Assembly: GCA_035221665.1 (NCBI GenBank)
Contig: CM069164.1
Span: forward strand, 18,414,001 to 18,478,000
Length of the DNA stretch: 64,000 bases
Direction of reading: 5' to 3'
From: Okamejei kenojei
Lineage: Eukaryota
Shown piece after piece: positions 14,471-28,602 of this stretch. The translations under genes and the position numbers were made by a program. Under the pieces are notes generated by a model. That model saw nothing but the letters and a program-made list of their open reading frames with translations, did no database searches and was not told the origin of the DNA. Position 1 is the first letter of the stretch, and every line of letters begins with the position of its first letter.

Positions 14471-16789
14471 AAGAACATTCAACTGAGCACATCATGCTCT
14501 CAGCTCGTATGAACCCTGATCATGGGAAAAGTCTCTAATTGGACACGAGTGAAGGCCAGGAATGGAGATTAGATGAGCATTTAGACCACAATTATAGCAT
14601 CAAAGTAAAAAACATCAACTCTACAGTTGTTAATCAAGGGCATATTTAAACCACACATAAGATCTTAAGAACATAGGTTTCAGAACACATCTAGTAACAT
14701 TCCTCATACTCTCAACCTTGAATCAGTGTTATCTAAACTAAGGTGGCTTCAGATGGTGACTGCCAGCTATGGTGAGCCTTAAAGTCACTTTTGTTTATTC
14801 CCACAGATTTAACTGCATGGTGTAGTCTAAAGCTACTGCTGGAGTTTGGGAGGTCAGATGAGATGATTAAAGCATATTTGTATTTTCCACTTCTTTACTT
14901 AAAAAAGGCCAACAAAAAAATGCTACTTCGATTGCAAGATAAACATGAAGATATGACTTCTCGGTGAAAGCTCTGGTTCCAGTTCGTGGGTGCTCTCTAA
15001 TTGGACAGGCACCATACCTTCTGTATTGATGACATTTGGCCTGTTTTCTGCCAGTCAAGCGTTGAATCACTTTTCTGCCATTTTGGATTTTCTGAATGTC
15101 ATCCGTCATCTAATTGTCAGTGATCTTTGAAGCCCTACATTTCTCTCAGCACCCTGAAATTGTACCTGCGGAGAGAATATAGAGGCCTGTCCAAAACCCT
15201 CCCCCGTCCATCCCTCTACGTGTAAAGCACAGGATAGAGACCTTTAATCAACTTCAAAGAAAATTCCTTGTTGCTGCACGACAGCAGCTTCTCACCAAGC
15301 AGGTATCAAATCAGTGCAGGCCCCGGGGGTAGGAGAGGGATGTCATTACAGAACAACTTCACAGATATAAGTCAGGATGAAGATTCACACTGATGAAAGA
15401 TAGAAGTCAAGAGTGTTTTATTGTGAAACACCCCAGATAGACCAAGGGAATTCTTACTCGCAACAGCACAGAAGTAAACATGCAGAGCTTATTTGAAGTG
15501 ATTCAAACATTCAGCAAGTGTACCATAGAAAGTTCATCAATTATGATAATGACTACAGTTTGTTTGTTTGCTTGCTTGTTTTCAAGTACTCATTTTAATA
15601 TTTATGAGCTATATTTAGAGTACTAAGATTTCCTATCTAAAAATAGGCATTTCTGTACCATGGCTGACCACTAACTCAACTACTTTCATCATTTGGTTTC
15701 TTCAAAATCTATTGCCAACTTTGTGTTTTGCACCACAGAATGAAATCACTGAGAGATGGAAAACTGTGTTCAGACTAGGTTTATCAGAATTTACAAATAT
15801 ATACTTTGGATTTCTTTTAACCCCAAAGCTGTTTGCAATGTGGTCAAAATTAGCATAGTTTGCAGAAATATTTTACAGAAACCTTTCAGAGATAATTGTT
15901 TAGCAAATTCCATCTGCAATGAGAAAGGATTTAACCATCTGCCCCTTCCGCTGTTCCTGCCCTATCACCTCTGCCCTCCACAAATCCTTGAAGCAATGCT
16001 TAGTAAACCAAAGTCAGAGCTGTTTCGCAGACCTTATTACACAGGTCTTCCATGCTTCCAAATATCTGCCAATCAATCACAAATATGGCCACAGCTCCAC
16101 TTGGATTCTTAAGGCACACTGTCCATATCACAGGTTTTCCTTCATTTCCTTTGCAGAAAAACATTAGAAGCTCTCATGCCAAAATGATCCAATTGATTAC
16201 GTAAACCTAAACATTTTGCTGAACAATATTCTTCGATGGCTTTCATTCTTTGAAAACGGCAAAGAGCATCGCTTAAGACTTTCAACAGAGAAAACGGTAG
16301 TTAATTTTTCCCATTGAAACTCTACTGCTAATTTGCTCAATTGTTCTGTAACCCGAGAAGCTGAAATACTGAGCAAAGCAACAGAGTAAACAAGAGGTCA
16401 TTTAGCAGGTCAGCACAGAACAAAGGTTTCCTCAGAGATGTCATATGCAATCTCATTATTCTTCTTTCAATAGTGGAAGGCCATCCTGCCCATTTCTTGA
16501 AAGTTCGTGCTTCAGTAGCTCTCAAAAGGTATAGCCTAAAGAAAAATACTGTGTCCTGAACCCAAAAAGGCCAAGTAACACACAATCACAGAACCACTAT
16601 CTCATCTTCACTGGCAAATCAGAAGGGGACCAAGCCCCTTTTAAATTTCCCCACTGTACAGAAATAATTAAATAACCCAGCAAGAGCCGTGGCTGTATAA
16701 GGAAGATAGTTCCTCGTGCCAGAGAAAGACAGTTTTACATGCAATATTCCTCACATCATGAACTGCAAAAACTGATGTTTCTGCAGTTT

Positions 16790-16885
16790 GAAAAAAATAA
16801 AGTGCACGAGCAACTTAGCAGGTCAGGCAGAATCTCTGGAGAACATGGATAGATGACATTTCAGGTCAGGGCCCTTCTTCAGACT
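16790..16885 (-). mobile_element. Penelope-derived short repeat with hammerhead core
   Basis: Minus strand CTGAAGA AGGGCCCTGACCT GAAA TGTC at 16882-16855. Confidence 0.65.
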
Positions 16886-17473
16886 TCTACAGTTGTATTC
16901 CTTCACTATTATCTATCAAACAAACATTCATATCTTGGCACATAGGAGGCCAATAAAACTAGCAACTAATCAAGAATTCCTTTGATTGGTTCCTTCCCTG
17001 TGAAAGCAGGAAGTGACCCAATAAGCCACGTTAAGTTGCATCAAAGCAGTTCTACTTGTGTGGCTGATGTGCACTCATTCAAGCAAATGCACTGCTTTCA
17101 TGCAGTCTGGCCTGTTCTTCAGGGCCTGTATGTAATTGCTGGAGCTATTCATACAGTGCACGAGTTCCAAGTGACTATAAATATAATTCAAAATTAATAA
17201 GAATCCCCACAACACCATGAAGAAAGCAACCCATTTTTTAATTTATTTTTTTCTTTTGGCAATTAATCCTTTGATGTATTAAGAATATTCCTAAGAATCC
17301 ACTGGCCAAAAATAACCACACAATGCAAAATTGGTGAGATTTTTTGGATGTCAAAGTTTTGAGTACATGAAATGATTCATCCAAACGATAAAATGAAGAA
17401 AGTTTGCCCCAGAAATTATTCTATACAGTACAACTGTTATTGGGGCTCCAGAATAGAAAGCAATTAAGATCAA

Positions 17474-17630
17474 AAGTTTCGGGTCGAGACCCTTCTTCAG
17501 CCAGGTGAAGAAGGGTCTCGACCCGAAACGTCGCCTATCTCCTTCGTTCCTTAGATGCTGCTGCACCCGCTGAGTTTCTCCAGCCTTTTGTGTACCCTCG
17601 ATTCTCCAGCATCTGCAGTTCCTTCTTTAA
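17474..17630. mobile_element. Young Penelope-derived short element, partly palindromic
   Basis: TGAAGAAGGGTCTCGACCCGAAAC on both strands; near-identical to the 51721 and 56637 copies. Confidence 0.75.
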
Positions 17631-18719
17631 CTCAATTATTTCCTTGGCCTTTCTTGTGCATAGTTCGGTAACACATGGAGCAATCCAGACAAGTACAGTA
17701 CCTTCAAAAGCCATCTAAATCAACAGGCGTTGCTCACACAGAATTCTTTTGAACATGCATAGCTTGCAAACTGCATAGATCTCACATGTAATGTATGCAA
17801 AATGTGTATGTGACATGAATTAAGTTAATTGATCAATCACTTATCTGCTTCATTACCATAGAGTTCAACACCAGAATCCTCTTTCAGAGGATGCACATGC
17901 TTTCATTGCTTGGTCTGTCCAACAGGGCATGCATGTTGTTGCCTCACCTTCCCTCAAGATACAGGGAAAGACCCTACTTTTGAGTTTAATAGGCCCAATT
18001 ACATACCCCATTCAGGTTGGATACATTTTGCTGAAACAGTCAGATCCTGCTCATAAATACAAAAACTGGAGTAACTCAGCTGGTCAGGCAGCATCTCTGG
18101 GGAAAAAGGATGGGTGCCGTTTTGGGTCGGGACCCTTCTTCGGTCATGTTGGGTTGTAAAAAGGTGAACACATATTTACCTCAGGGACAGAGGTGCTGAT
18201 GGACATTTGCTAAGGACACACGAGAAAATTGACTGGTATGCAATGTCATTTTTCCAGTGGATTCCGTCTCAGTGTGACATGGAAAGCAAGGGAAATGTGG
18301 CTGTTATTCAGGGCTTGGAGTGCATTGTTTCAGGTTTGCCTCTGTGCTCTGAGATCTGCCGAAGGGGAATATGAGCCTTCCCTGGTCTTGGGATGCATCT
18401 TCTGGCTATTTATACCACGTTTGTCTTGGTGCATGTGATAGTGCGATCCAAAGGCAGGCGAGACCTCCCCCACATTGTCCCGGCATGCCCGTGCTTTGTC
18501 TATTGTCTGTTTCAAGTTCACAACAGAGCCATAGTCGAGTGTCAAGGAACCTCTTCTTGACCATGGATGGCAATTCAGACTCATGTACAAAATATCTAGC
18601 CCAGATACTATGTTAGGTCAGGCAGGGTGAAAAGATACAAAATTGTAAAACCACAGAACACCAGGTTCAGGAACACCTTCTTCCTGCTGTTATCAGACCA
18701 TTGACCAATCCTCCAAAAA

Positions 18720-19030
18720 GAGAATACTGGAATAACTCAGCAGATCAAGCAGCATCTGTGGAGGCAAAAGATGCAAGTCAGCATCCCAGGTTGATATCCT
18801 GTATCAAGACTTAAAGTGAAGAGGAAAGGTTACCAGTGTATAGCAGTACAAGGGTGGGGGAAGGATAGAGGCTGGTGGAACCAGAAGGGGGAGAGGATAA
18901 TAGATGGAGCCAGATTAAAGGCAGAGGAGGAGGTGGTGAAAGGATGGGAAAAGTAACGAAAGGGAGGAGAACACCGCAGTGACAGGACAGCATTTGAGAG
19001 AGGACAACGCCAGGGAATTTGGAAAATGTG
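18720..19030 (-). mobile_element. Old Penelope-like 3' UTR / terminal repeat fragment
   Basis: GATGCTGC...CTGCTGAG terminal module next to a purine-rich tract, the same layout as 231-560. Confidence 0.5.
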
Positions 19031-20599
19031 CATAATAAAGTTTTTGGATTCAGAACCAAAAATATAAAAGAGTAGGGGAAACAAGTGAATCATTGACCAA
19101 TTCCTGGTTGAATGTGATGAATACACCATCGTTCTAAACAAGAAAGGCCTGGTGCTTGACCAATAGAAAGTAGGTGGGTTGTCTATCTCCATATTTAAAC
19201 ATCTCAAAAGTTCAGAGAAATTGGTTAATGAGTTTAGGAAGGAGGGAGCAGAGTTGATAAGAGTGGTGAATCAGTATATTTCCTGTCCCTGATCACTTCC
19301 AGTAACATCTGCTGGATAAGACTCAGCTGTAATGCTTTCAGGGTAGAGGCAGTTTACTGACAGGGTCTCAGTTCCCAAGCACCGGCCAGCTCATTCACTC
19401 AATGGCCAACTACAACACTTGCGCAAGCACAAGCCATCACCATCAATTCGTGCATGAGAAATAAAGCTTGATAATATTTTACCAAAAATCTCAGCCATTG
19501 TAAACAAAATATTCCCACCGGTTCTGCTTTGATGATGGAACAGCAATGAATCCTATCTCAGGTGCAGCAGAATTAGGGTAACAACTTCTTTCAATGCTTG
19601 CTTGCAGTTGGGGTGATTCCAACTGCTGCTGTTGTTCAACAAACCTTGTCAGAAATTGATGACATTAAGCAAGGCAACATCTGCCTTAGTCATTATACCG
19701 TCTGGATTCAAATACTGTTGACACTGGCCAGAGCAGACTTGGCACCCATGAAATTGCACATCAGCATGGAGTTGGAGCCTTTAGAGACAAGAGGAAGGGG
19801 AAAGGACCATTTAATTTGCAATTAATGTAGATATACTGCATTTCTGAATGGGAGAGGAAGGGGTACAGTAAACACAATAATACAAATACTTTACGACATG
19901 TTTGTTTTAAAAAATACATTGTCAATCCAAAGCCAAAAGTACACCATGTTTAACATCATTATGCAGAACTGAAGCTCCCCAAGTCAGATATAGAAAGTGT
20001 TATTCATTTAGTCCCATTTCCCCTGCTCTTGCCCATACTTCTACAATTCAATCTTTCAGATAATCACCTTTTCAAAGTTCTTTGAAGAAATTATTTCAAA
20101 AATGAGATCAATTAATACCAAGACAAATGAGATACAGAATCTGAAATGTTTCAAACCCAGATAGTTATAAACTTGTTTGCAAATAATGGCGTGTGTTAAG
20201 GACATTCTAATATTTGTATCCACTACAATATAGATTTAACTTCAATACAGTATTATGGCAGGAAAGTCAAAACACCAATAATCTGCTAACCCACCATTCA
20301 GAAATCTCAATGCTTTGGCACCAAGATCATTGGTAAGATCTGCCACACGTTTTTCCAACTTGAATGTGCTCTCTTTAACCTTACTGGGTAGACTGGAGAA
20401 TTTCTATCATAATGTGCAGCATCTAAGAAAGCATGTTGGTGGATTAATTTGGGGTGGGGTGGGGGGGGGGGGGGTGGGAGTGGGGTGGACGTTAGAGGAA
20501 CAACATCCAATAGTTCAGAAAACATGCCACTCTCCCGCCAAAGTGTTGGGGGCACCAGATGATCAAAGTTTTACTGTACCACCGTGTTAGAAACGCTGC

Positions 20600-20850
20600 C
20601 CCTTCAAATGAGACTTGAAACAGAGGTTGGAGCAGATCCTGTGCTATTACTTTGAGGAAGGGGAATTATTCCCTGGTGTTTCGCAATCAGCATCACAAAG
20701 ACAGCAGAGCTGGTAATTACCGCACAGATTTGTGTGGGAGCTTGTCCAGCGAAATTGGCTGATATGTTTCCAACAATACGACAGTGATTATATTTCAAAA
20801 GTACTTCACTGGCTGTAGAGTGTTTAACACATCCTGAATAGACACAAAAT
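20600..20850 (+). mobile_element. DeuSINE (SacSINE1/AmnSINE-like) remnant
   Basis: TTTGTGTGGGAGCTTG...AAATTGGCTG...CAGTGATTATATTTCAAAAGTACTTCACTGGCTGTA matches the recalled Deu core and tail. Confidence 0.6.
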
Positions 20851-20995
20851 TGAACTAATAACATCGAGTCACTCTTTTTCAGCAGCCTTGAAAGTATGGA
20901 GATTTGCACCTTCAGGCAAATTGGTTATGATTTAACAAGCATTTAGATAGCACCAAAATCAACTGTGTCAGCTGGACAATCTTGTTCTCCATCCT

Positions 20996-21229
20996 AAATA
21001 CACAAAATGCTGGAGTTACTCAGTAGGTCAGAGCGTCTCTGGAGAAAAGGAATAGGTGATGTTTCAGGTCGAGACCCTTCCTCAGAATGTAGCTGTTCAG
21101 TCTGAAGAACGGTCTTGACCCGAAAGGTCATCTAGTCCTTCTCTCCGTAGATGCTGCCTGACCTGCTGAATTTCTTCAGCATTTTGCATCCATTTCAGTC
21201 AACCAGCATCTGGAGCTCCTTCCTACACA
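20996..21229. mobile_element. Palindromic Penelope-derived short element
   Basis: Inverted arms with a hammerhead-like core on each strand; exact 14-bp TSD TTGTTCTCCATCCT (20982-20995, 21230-21243). Confidence 0.8.
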
Positions 21230-24029
21230 TTGTTCTCCATCCTGTCAGCTAGCGTTCATCCCATCCCCACTCCTCAACTTACAATGTTCACATATTTCCA
21301 GTTGGAATGAAAATTAATTGCTTCCCTCTATTCAGATGCTGCCAGACTTGCTAAATATCCCAGTATCTTGCCTAATCAACTCGCCTTCCACTGCACTCCA
21401 TGATCAAATATTTCCCATTTCACTTCCGACTTGACAGGCAAGAATATTTCTTCTTGATTCAACAAGTTGATTCGCATAACCACAATGAATTAAGATAGTC
21501 TAGGATGCAATGATGGTTGAAATAAAAAATATACCATCCCAATAAACCTTGAAAGTAGTGTGGAACTGGAAGTTTGCATCAGTCTTATACAATATGCAGG
21601 AATGAACATTCAATCTTCTATCAAAAATATTTGGGAACATGCCATGAAAAGACATGAAAAGACAAAAATTGCAGAGCCAATGAAATTTCGTTTAGAATGT
21701 AAAAACTGTACGTAAACTAATTAAAAAAACATTTTTTATTCATATCCAGGAAGTTACAACTCAACAAATTTAAACTCTAAACTCACTTTCATGACACATT
21801 GTTACTCAATCAACCTGCTGGGAACATAGTGGATTGTGGATTGAAGAGAAATTAATATCTCATCTATCCCTGCTGCTGGCTAATATAGTGGCCAGGCAAG
21901 GAATCTGGAGAAGGAAAAGCTAATCTGTGTTTTCTCTAGTCCAACATTGCGGGGCAGCTGTGGGAGTTGCATCGATACAGAGAAGATTTGGATGTTGTGT
22001 CCTTCACCTATTAAAACTAATAAAGAACCATATCCCAGCAAAATGAGGAAGAGAAGAGAGGCCACAGAAATTGGTGAAAGATTTTGCCAAAATACATTGT
22101 AAAAAGTCCTCCCACTGTTACCCTGCAACCAGAAGTGTTTACGCAATTCGGTAAATCAGCTCCAGCAATTATTGAAAAACACTTTAAAAGTCAAAAAAAG
22201 TTTGATTTTTTTAGGATAAGAACATATTATAGATCATATTTCATCCAGAGTTGCCCGTCATGTTCACTCAGAGAAAGGCAGGTTAACTGGTTTGATCTGC
22301 CTTTTAATGCTCATTAGGTCCACTAGATGGAAAACCCAGCTTCTCTTTCTTCAGCAGCTCATACGTTTTGCTTGAGTGAAACCTACATCAGAGAGAAAGA
22401 AACTATCTGCTGCCACAGTACTTCATAGCTGACAAATGACACTGCTGATGGATTGTTCCTTAAATCCAAAACCAGTGCTCTCAGCAGTAATATGTCAGGC
22501 CCCCTGGAAAATGGAAACCAAGTGGATAAGCAAGTGGCAGGAAATGGAATCCTCAAAATAAGCAATTCGGTTTGACAGTGAATACTTACATTTTTTTTTT
22601 AAGTTTCATAAATTGCTCGTGCTCAAAGGCAATCTACTGAGAACGACCCAATAAGTGTTCTTCAATCGAAAGTTTCTCTTTAAATAAAAAGTACTTAAAT
22701 GAGAAATTAATCATTGACAACTGTCCATTTTTAACCGGTGAATAAGTAGCACATAGTGCCATTGACGTTTATTCAGGCTTAACAAAAAGGAGGAAAAAAA
22801 GGCCACTTGCTTATCTACCATCTGTGAAAATCAATATACATCAGCATTAGTTTGGACACTAGGCAAAACATCAGCTTCATCAATGCTACAAGAAACCACA
22901 TTTGTGATCATTTAACACAAGTTTCTAAAGTAAAATCCCAAAATGAAAATGAAATGGTCTATTGATAGCACATATATGGTTAACTCACATCCACAGACGC
23001 AAAAAGAAAAATATAATTTTAGCTATAAATCATTTTTTCACCAAAAGGGCAGAAAGACTAGAAGATTTATCTACAGTATTTCGAAGGATTAAGCCATCGT
23101 TAAATTACACGTTTAGTTCAATTGGATTACATTGACTGAACTAGCTTTTGTATTTTTACTTAGAACTCTGAAAAGTATTTGAGTTTTTTTTTTGTTTTGT
23201 TTATTCTGCAATTATGTGACTTGATGAGTAAGAATTCCAAGCTAATAAAGTCAAACTCTTGATTACTTAGCAAATTTTTAAGCAGTTTCACTGACTGCAT
23301 TCTGCATTTCTGTAGGATATGCAAACACTGACCATGATAATGTTCTTACACCACCAAAGACGGCAAATAAAGCTAGTTATGGTTCTTTGTGCGGAGGTGG
23401 CCCTCCAGTGATTTGCCAGTGTAGTCGTTCTTTACATGAAACGAGTGTCTGTGAGCAATTTGGTAATGAGACCCATTGCACTCTGCCCTCAGTGACATCT
23501 GCTAAATTCACAATATAAAAGGCATAAATGTGCAGCAGTCAGTTTCCGAAAATCTATTCCACTTAAGCCAACGGAACTGCATTTCTGAAGCAAATTTCAA
23601 CAAACATGCCCTCCACATTGCATAGCTGAGGATGAACTTCTTCCCCAAGTTTCTAACAATTCATGTCCTCTAATGTATAGATTATCGAATAGGAACAGAT
23701 ATTCAGTGGATTTTGCCGACTCACATTCCAGCCCCAGCCACTTGGGGAACATTCAGACCATTTGTAATTGCTCAGATACTTCAGTTGAGATCAACAAAGC
23801 ATCAAAATCCCAGAGTTTAATCCAGTATCACATTGCACTGCACTCAACTGCATCAAATATTTGTAGTTAATAATAATTTTATTGAAGATTTGTTAAAAGT
23901 TTATAAATCAAGGATTCAGAAAAATGCAAGGAATATCTTCTCCATATTTAACAACTTAGTTTTAAGTATAAATTTTAATTAATAAAAGTATCCCAAGATA
24001 CAAAGCCTCATTAGACAAGAATAACTTAG

Positions 24030-24245
24030 ATGACAGGAGACTGTAGATGCTATAAGCAAAACAAAAGTGCTGGAAGAACTCAGTGGGTCAGGCGGCATCT
24101 CCGGAGGGAAAAGGACAAGACAGCGGGCCGGGCCGAGACCTTTATTCTGAAACCTAAAGGGCCCTGACCTGCAAAGTTGTTCATCCTTTTCCCTTATCAG
24201 ATGCTGCCTGGCCTGCTGAGTTCCAACAGCACTTTGTTTTTTTTT
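24030..24245. mobile_element. Degraded palindromic Penelope-derived element
   Basis: Inverted arms AAAAGTGCTGGAAGAACTCAG ... CTGAGTTCCAACAGCACTTTG. Confidence 0.6.
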
Positions 24246-24261
24246 AAATATAAGGAAGTCA

Positions 24262-24760
24262 ACAAAATAGAGAGAGTACAGAGGAGATTTACTAGAATGT
24301 TGCCTGGGTTCCAGCAACTAAGTTACAGAGAAAGGTTGAACAAGTTAGGTCTTTATTCTTTGGAGCGCAGAAGGTTAAGGGGGGACTTGATTGAGGTCTT
24401 TAAAATGATGAAAGGGATAGACAGAGTTAACGTGGATACGTTTTTCCCATTGAGGGTAGGGAAGATTCAAACAAGAGGGCATGACATGAGAATTAAGGGA
24501 CAGAGGTTTCGGGGTAACGTGAGGGGGAACTTCTTTACTCAGAGGGTGGTGGCTGTGTGGAATGAGCTTCCAGCAGAAGTGGTGGAGGCAGGATCGATTT
24601 TAACATTTAAGAGTAAAGTGGATAGGTATATGGACGTGAAGGGAATGGAGGGGTATGGTCTGAGTGCAGGTAGATGGGACTAGGGGAAAACAAATGGTCG
24701 GCACGGACTGGAAGGGCCGAGAGGGCCTGTTTCCGTGCTGTAATTGTTATATGGTTATAT
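24262..24760 (+). mobile_element. Young 5'-truncated CR1 LINE
   Basis: Open frame IERVQRRFTRMLPG...LERRRLRGDLIEVFK...FFTQRVVAVWNELP; GTTATATG repeat tail; 8-bp TSD GGAAGTCA (24254-24261, 24761-24768). Confidence 0.92.
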
Positions 24761-27700
24761 GGAAGTCAGGCAGAGAGGATGAATGGATAGAACTCTGGTG
24801 TTTGGGTTGTGGCAGCCAATGAAACCACAACAGTGGTGCTTAAGTGGCCAAACCTACAGAAGCATCGATTTTCAGGAGATATCTCAGGAGATTTAGAGCT
24901 GGAGGAAGGATAGGGAGAGACAAATTCAAATCAAGAGGTGTAGATGCTGGAGATCTGAAATAAAACAGGAAAAAAGGTGTAACACTCAACAGAAGAGTCG
25001 ACCTCTTTGCGGAGAAACGAGAGTTTAGGGTTTAGGACCAAAACCAATCTGTCTTTCCCCAGTGTTTTCCAATTCAGATGAAGGATCGTTGATCTTAACC
25101 AATAACTATTTTCACAGAAGCAGTCTGACCTGCTGAGTATTTACAGCATCTTGGGGTTTTTGTTTCATTTTGGGGGGAACCCAGTAGTCAGTTAGAGAAT
25201 ACACTCATTTACACATTAATCACATTTTCATTCTCCCCACATCCTCATCAACATATACACAGAAACCAAATACACAGAGCTTTAGAAAATGATTTTAACA
25301 TCAAATATAATTTGATGATTTCAATTATCACACGACCAATGGTAGGTTTTTCTATGATCAGAATTGTTTTTTTTTTAAACTTATTTTACTTTGAAAATGT
25401 TCAAATTCTTATTATTTTAATGCATCCATTCTAATTAACAAAGTTAACAGTTGTTCACCGAGGCAGTCCAATACTTGGGCTCGCACATTTCCAGTATTGC
25501 AAGCGGGTCTGATCAAATTCCGCAATGGACAAAGACCAGAATACTGACTCTTGGCACCCGTCTTTCTTTATGAACACCACAAACTAAAGTTCAGTCCATG
25601 CACTGCAAAAGCTCAAACTACTGCCTTTTTCTGGCTCCAACGGAGTTCATTTTGCAGTGGAATGTTGCTTGGTCCTCCACAAATCAGAGCCGATTCAAAA
25701 GGGTCATTTTATCACTTCATATGCAAATAGCCATAAACCTACTCCACGCTGTGATCAAGGGAAATGGAGAGTGCCAGGCAGACAGAAGAGAACACCAACT
25801 ACATGAACAGCCAGGCAGGATATCTTTTTGCTGGTTAGTGCGTCTACTCAGATCCCATCTAACCTGAAGTATCAATGCAGCTAGAATTACTTTGAGCAAA
25901 CACAAACTACCCAAAGGAGTGGGTTTCGATCTGGGCCTCAATGTTTAAGAATGAGCTAATAAAACAGAGTTAGCTGAAAATTAAAATTTCAACACAAGCA
26001 AAAAAACATATCAAGCATTTTTTTTATTTAAAGTGGATGTTTCCCAAAATGGATTCCTTCCAAAGGGTGCTCAAATTAATGAATGTGCTAATAGAATAAA
26101 CTAAATTAATCAGGGAAAGATGCAGCTGATCATTTGTTGCTAAGGTGGTTAGCAAAACCTGCTAGAGTTCACTGACCACTGGCAAAGGATAACAAAAGCC
26201 AATTCTCCAATGAATAGCCTGGCCTCAGAGTCTAGGGTCACAGGGGTAGCCCCTGCAAAGGCTTTGTGGCAGCTTCTAAATGTTCAAGTTATTGTGTTGA
26301 CCATCCTATCACTTTAAGATGTCAATGCTTTGCCACAGGGACAAGGCAATGACTTTCCTACAGCTCTTTTGTCCAGAAGAAAAGGTTTCCAAAACTTGGG
26401 AGCAATCACATCAGGGGCACATTTTATCAGAAGGATGTTAAAATTAACTAATTGTGATCCTTAAAACATTTAAAAATGTCCCCCAATTTTACTGAATTGT
26501 TGGTTATCTCCTCATGGAGATTAGGTTGTCGATGTAATTGGCTATAAAAGCATAATTAGTATCACATTACCGAGATGAAATGAAAATGTGATTGATAAAA
26601 CTTTAGGACATAATCAGTTTTAATGGCATTTATCTCAAAAATATTCCCAAGATTATTTTCCATCATTCACACTTGTTTCTACTACATTCAAGCCAGCATA
26701 TTTCAACAGTAAAACAAAACCAAGACAAAAACTGCAAATGAAAATCCAAAAAAGACAGAAAATCCTGTAAATACTCAGCAGGTCAGGCAACATCTGTAGA
26801 AGGAGAAACTCTTTCTGCTAAAGGGTTTACCATTTCTCCCATAAAATCTCAACGGAACCATGCAACTGAGAAGTCGTGAGCCTTGTAGTCTAAAAACAGA
26901 TCACATCCAGGGCAATGGTAAATATCCAAGTTGATTTCCCTGACGGTTGTGCAGGGACAAAGATACACCTTGGCAGAAAGGGATCACGATCTCGCGACGT
27001 CACAGTTACACACCCTAGAAACTTATTCATAAAGAACTCCCACTGGGTAAGGCACCAATAGATGAACAGAACCCACCGGACATTCTTCAGGAGTGACAAG
27101 GAAGGTAGTGGGGACAGATTTTTTTTTTACATTTCTGAAATATTTTCTCAAAATAGTTCACACAGCGCAATTCTTATTTCTGCCCAAATTGACATTAATT
27201 ACAGCTAACTTAATTCTAATGTACATTTTGTCCAAAAATTTTTTATTGAAACGGGGCTATAGTTTGAGACAGAATTGAGTAAGATTACTTTCATTAACAC
27301 TATCCCATCCGGTCTCATTCAAATGCTAAGACCAGAATTTACAGTACAATCAGTACTTTGAATTTAATAGCTTGCATGTTTACAGCTAACTATAAGTTAC
27401 CGTTTAATGTTTTTCTTTGAATTAAGTTGTAGCCAGATTCCAACATGCAGGAAGACTATCACCATAGCACAGCTCTATGTTCTGATGAATGATTTAACAA
27501 AGCTTGACGCTTCTAGTTTTTGCCTATGGCTGAATGACATACATAAGCTTTATACATAAATTGATGAATGCCTGTCATTGTGCAGATAAACTCAATGACT
27601 GCTATTGAAGTGAAGCAGTGATAACACAAGTTTTAGCCCACAGGCTATGTTACACTTATTAGGCCAACAAAGAAGAAAGCATTTTCCGAGTAAAAAAAAA

Positions 27701-28123
27701 ACTTAAAATTGGGTACAGCAACTCAAATTATTTGTGTGTTAAGTCAATATTATGCAACTCTCAAAAATGTTAGTGACGCAAACATAAATGCTAGTTAGGA
27801 AATACACCGCGATTGCCATTATTAATACCCTTTTTACACCCAACTTCAAATGCCTGATGCTTTTGCGAAAATGTCAGCATTCTAAACGGAAGCCATTTTT
27901 CCTGGTGAGGGCAAAAGGTTACACTGATTAAATGTCAATAACCCTATCAGTGGTTGAAATTCACAGTAACCTGATAGCCCAAGGCTATGAAAAATTTAGC
28001 TAGGTACCCTGCCATCCCACTTTTCTAGTCTTACGAAGACTGGTACAGGAAATAGATTACCAAATTACAAAAGAATGTCAAAATACTTCAGATTTTATAA
28101 CCTATTTGACAAATCAACTAATA

Positions 28124-28316
28124 GGCCTGTCCCACTTAGGCGATTTTTTGGGCGACTGCCACAACATTTTCAACATGTTGAAAATATTTTCGGCTGCAGT
28201 GGTGACAATTTTTGCTGTCGTAGGTGTTGCCGTAGGTTGTCGCCAGGTGTCGTAGGTGAATTCCATTAAAGCTAGTCCCATCATCAACTAGGCCAGTTGC
28301 CTAAGTGGGACAGGCC
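28124..28316. mobile_element. MITE with GGCCTGTCCCACTTAGGC terminal inverted repeats (Harbinger-like)
   Basis: GGCCTGTCCCACTTAGGC ... GCCTAAGTGGGACAGGCC. Confidence 0.8.
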
Positions 28317-28339
28317 CATAAGAGAGAAAAATCTGAACT

Positions 28340-28602
28340 ACTTATCCGCGTTATCAGACAACTGAATCATCCTACCACAACCAGAGAGCAGTGCTGAACT
28401 ATTATTAACCTCATTGGTGACCCTCGGACTATCCTTGGTCGGACTGCTGGATTTACCTTGCACTAAACGTTATTCCTTCATCATCTATACATTGTAAATG
28501 GCTCGATTGTAATGATGTTTTGTCTTTCTGCTGAATGGTTAGCACACAACAAAAGCTTTTCACTGTACCCTTGGTACACGTGACAATAAACTAAACTGAA
28601 CT
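28340..28602 (+). mobile_element. Rex/Babar-type LINE 3' tail
   Basis: Near-identical to 31113-31389; ends CAATAAACTAAACTGAAC. Confidence 0.65.

Noticed and set aside
20450-20490. G-run / G-quadruplex
   Set aside because: Poly-G/C runs recur across the window and are error-prone; no specific support.
24177-24683. 168-aa ORF (and the 187-aa ORF at 57178-57741) as host genes
   Set aside because: Both are CR1 ORF2 C-terminal fragments.
26890-27099. ORF containing QWEFF resembling PRTG WEFN
   Set aside because: The surrounding sequence lacks the Ig pattern; chance match.
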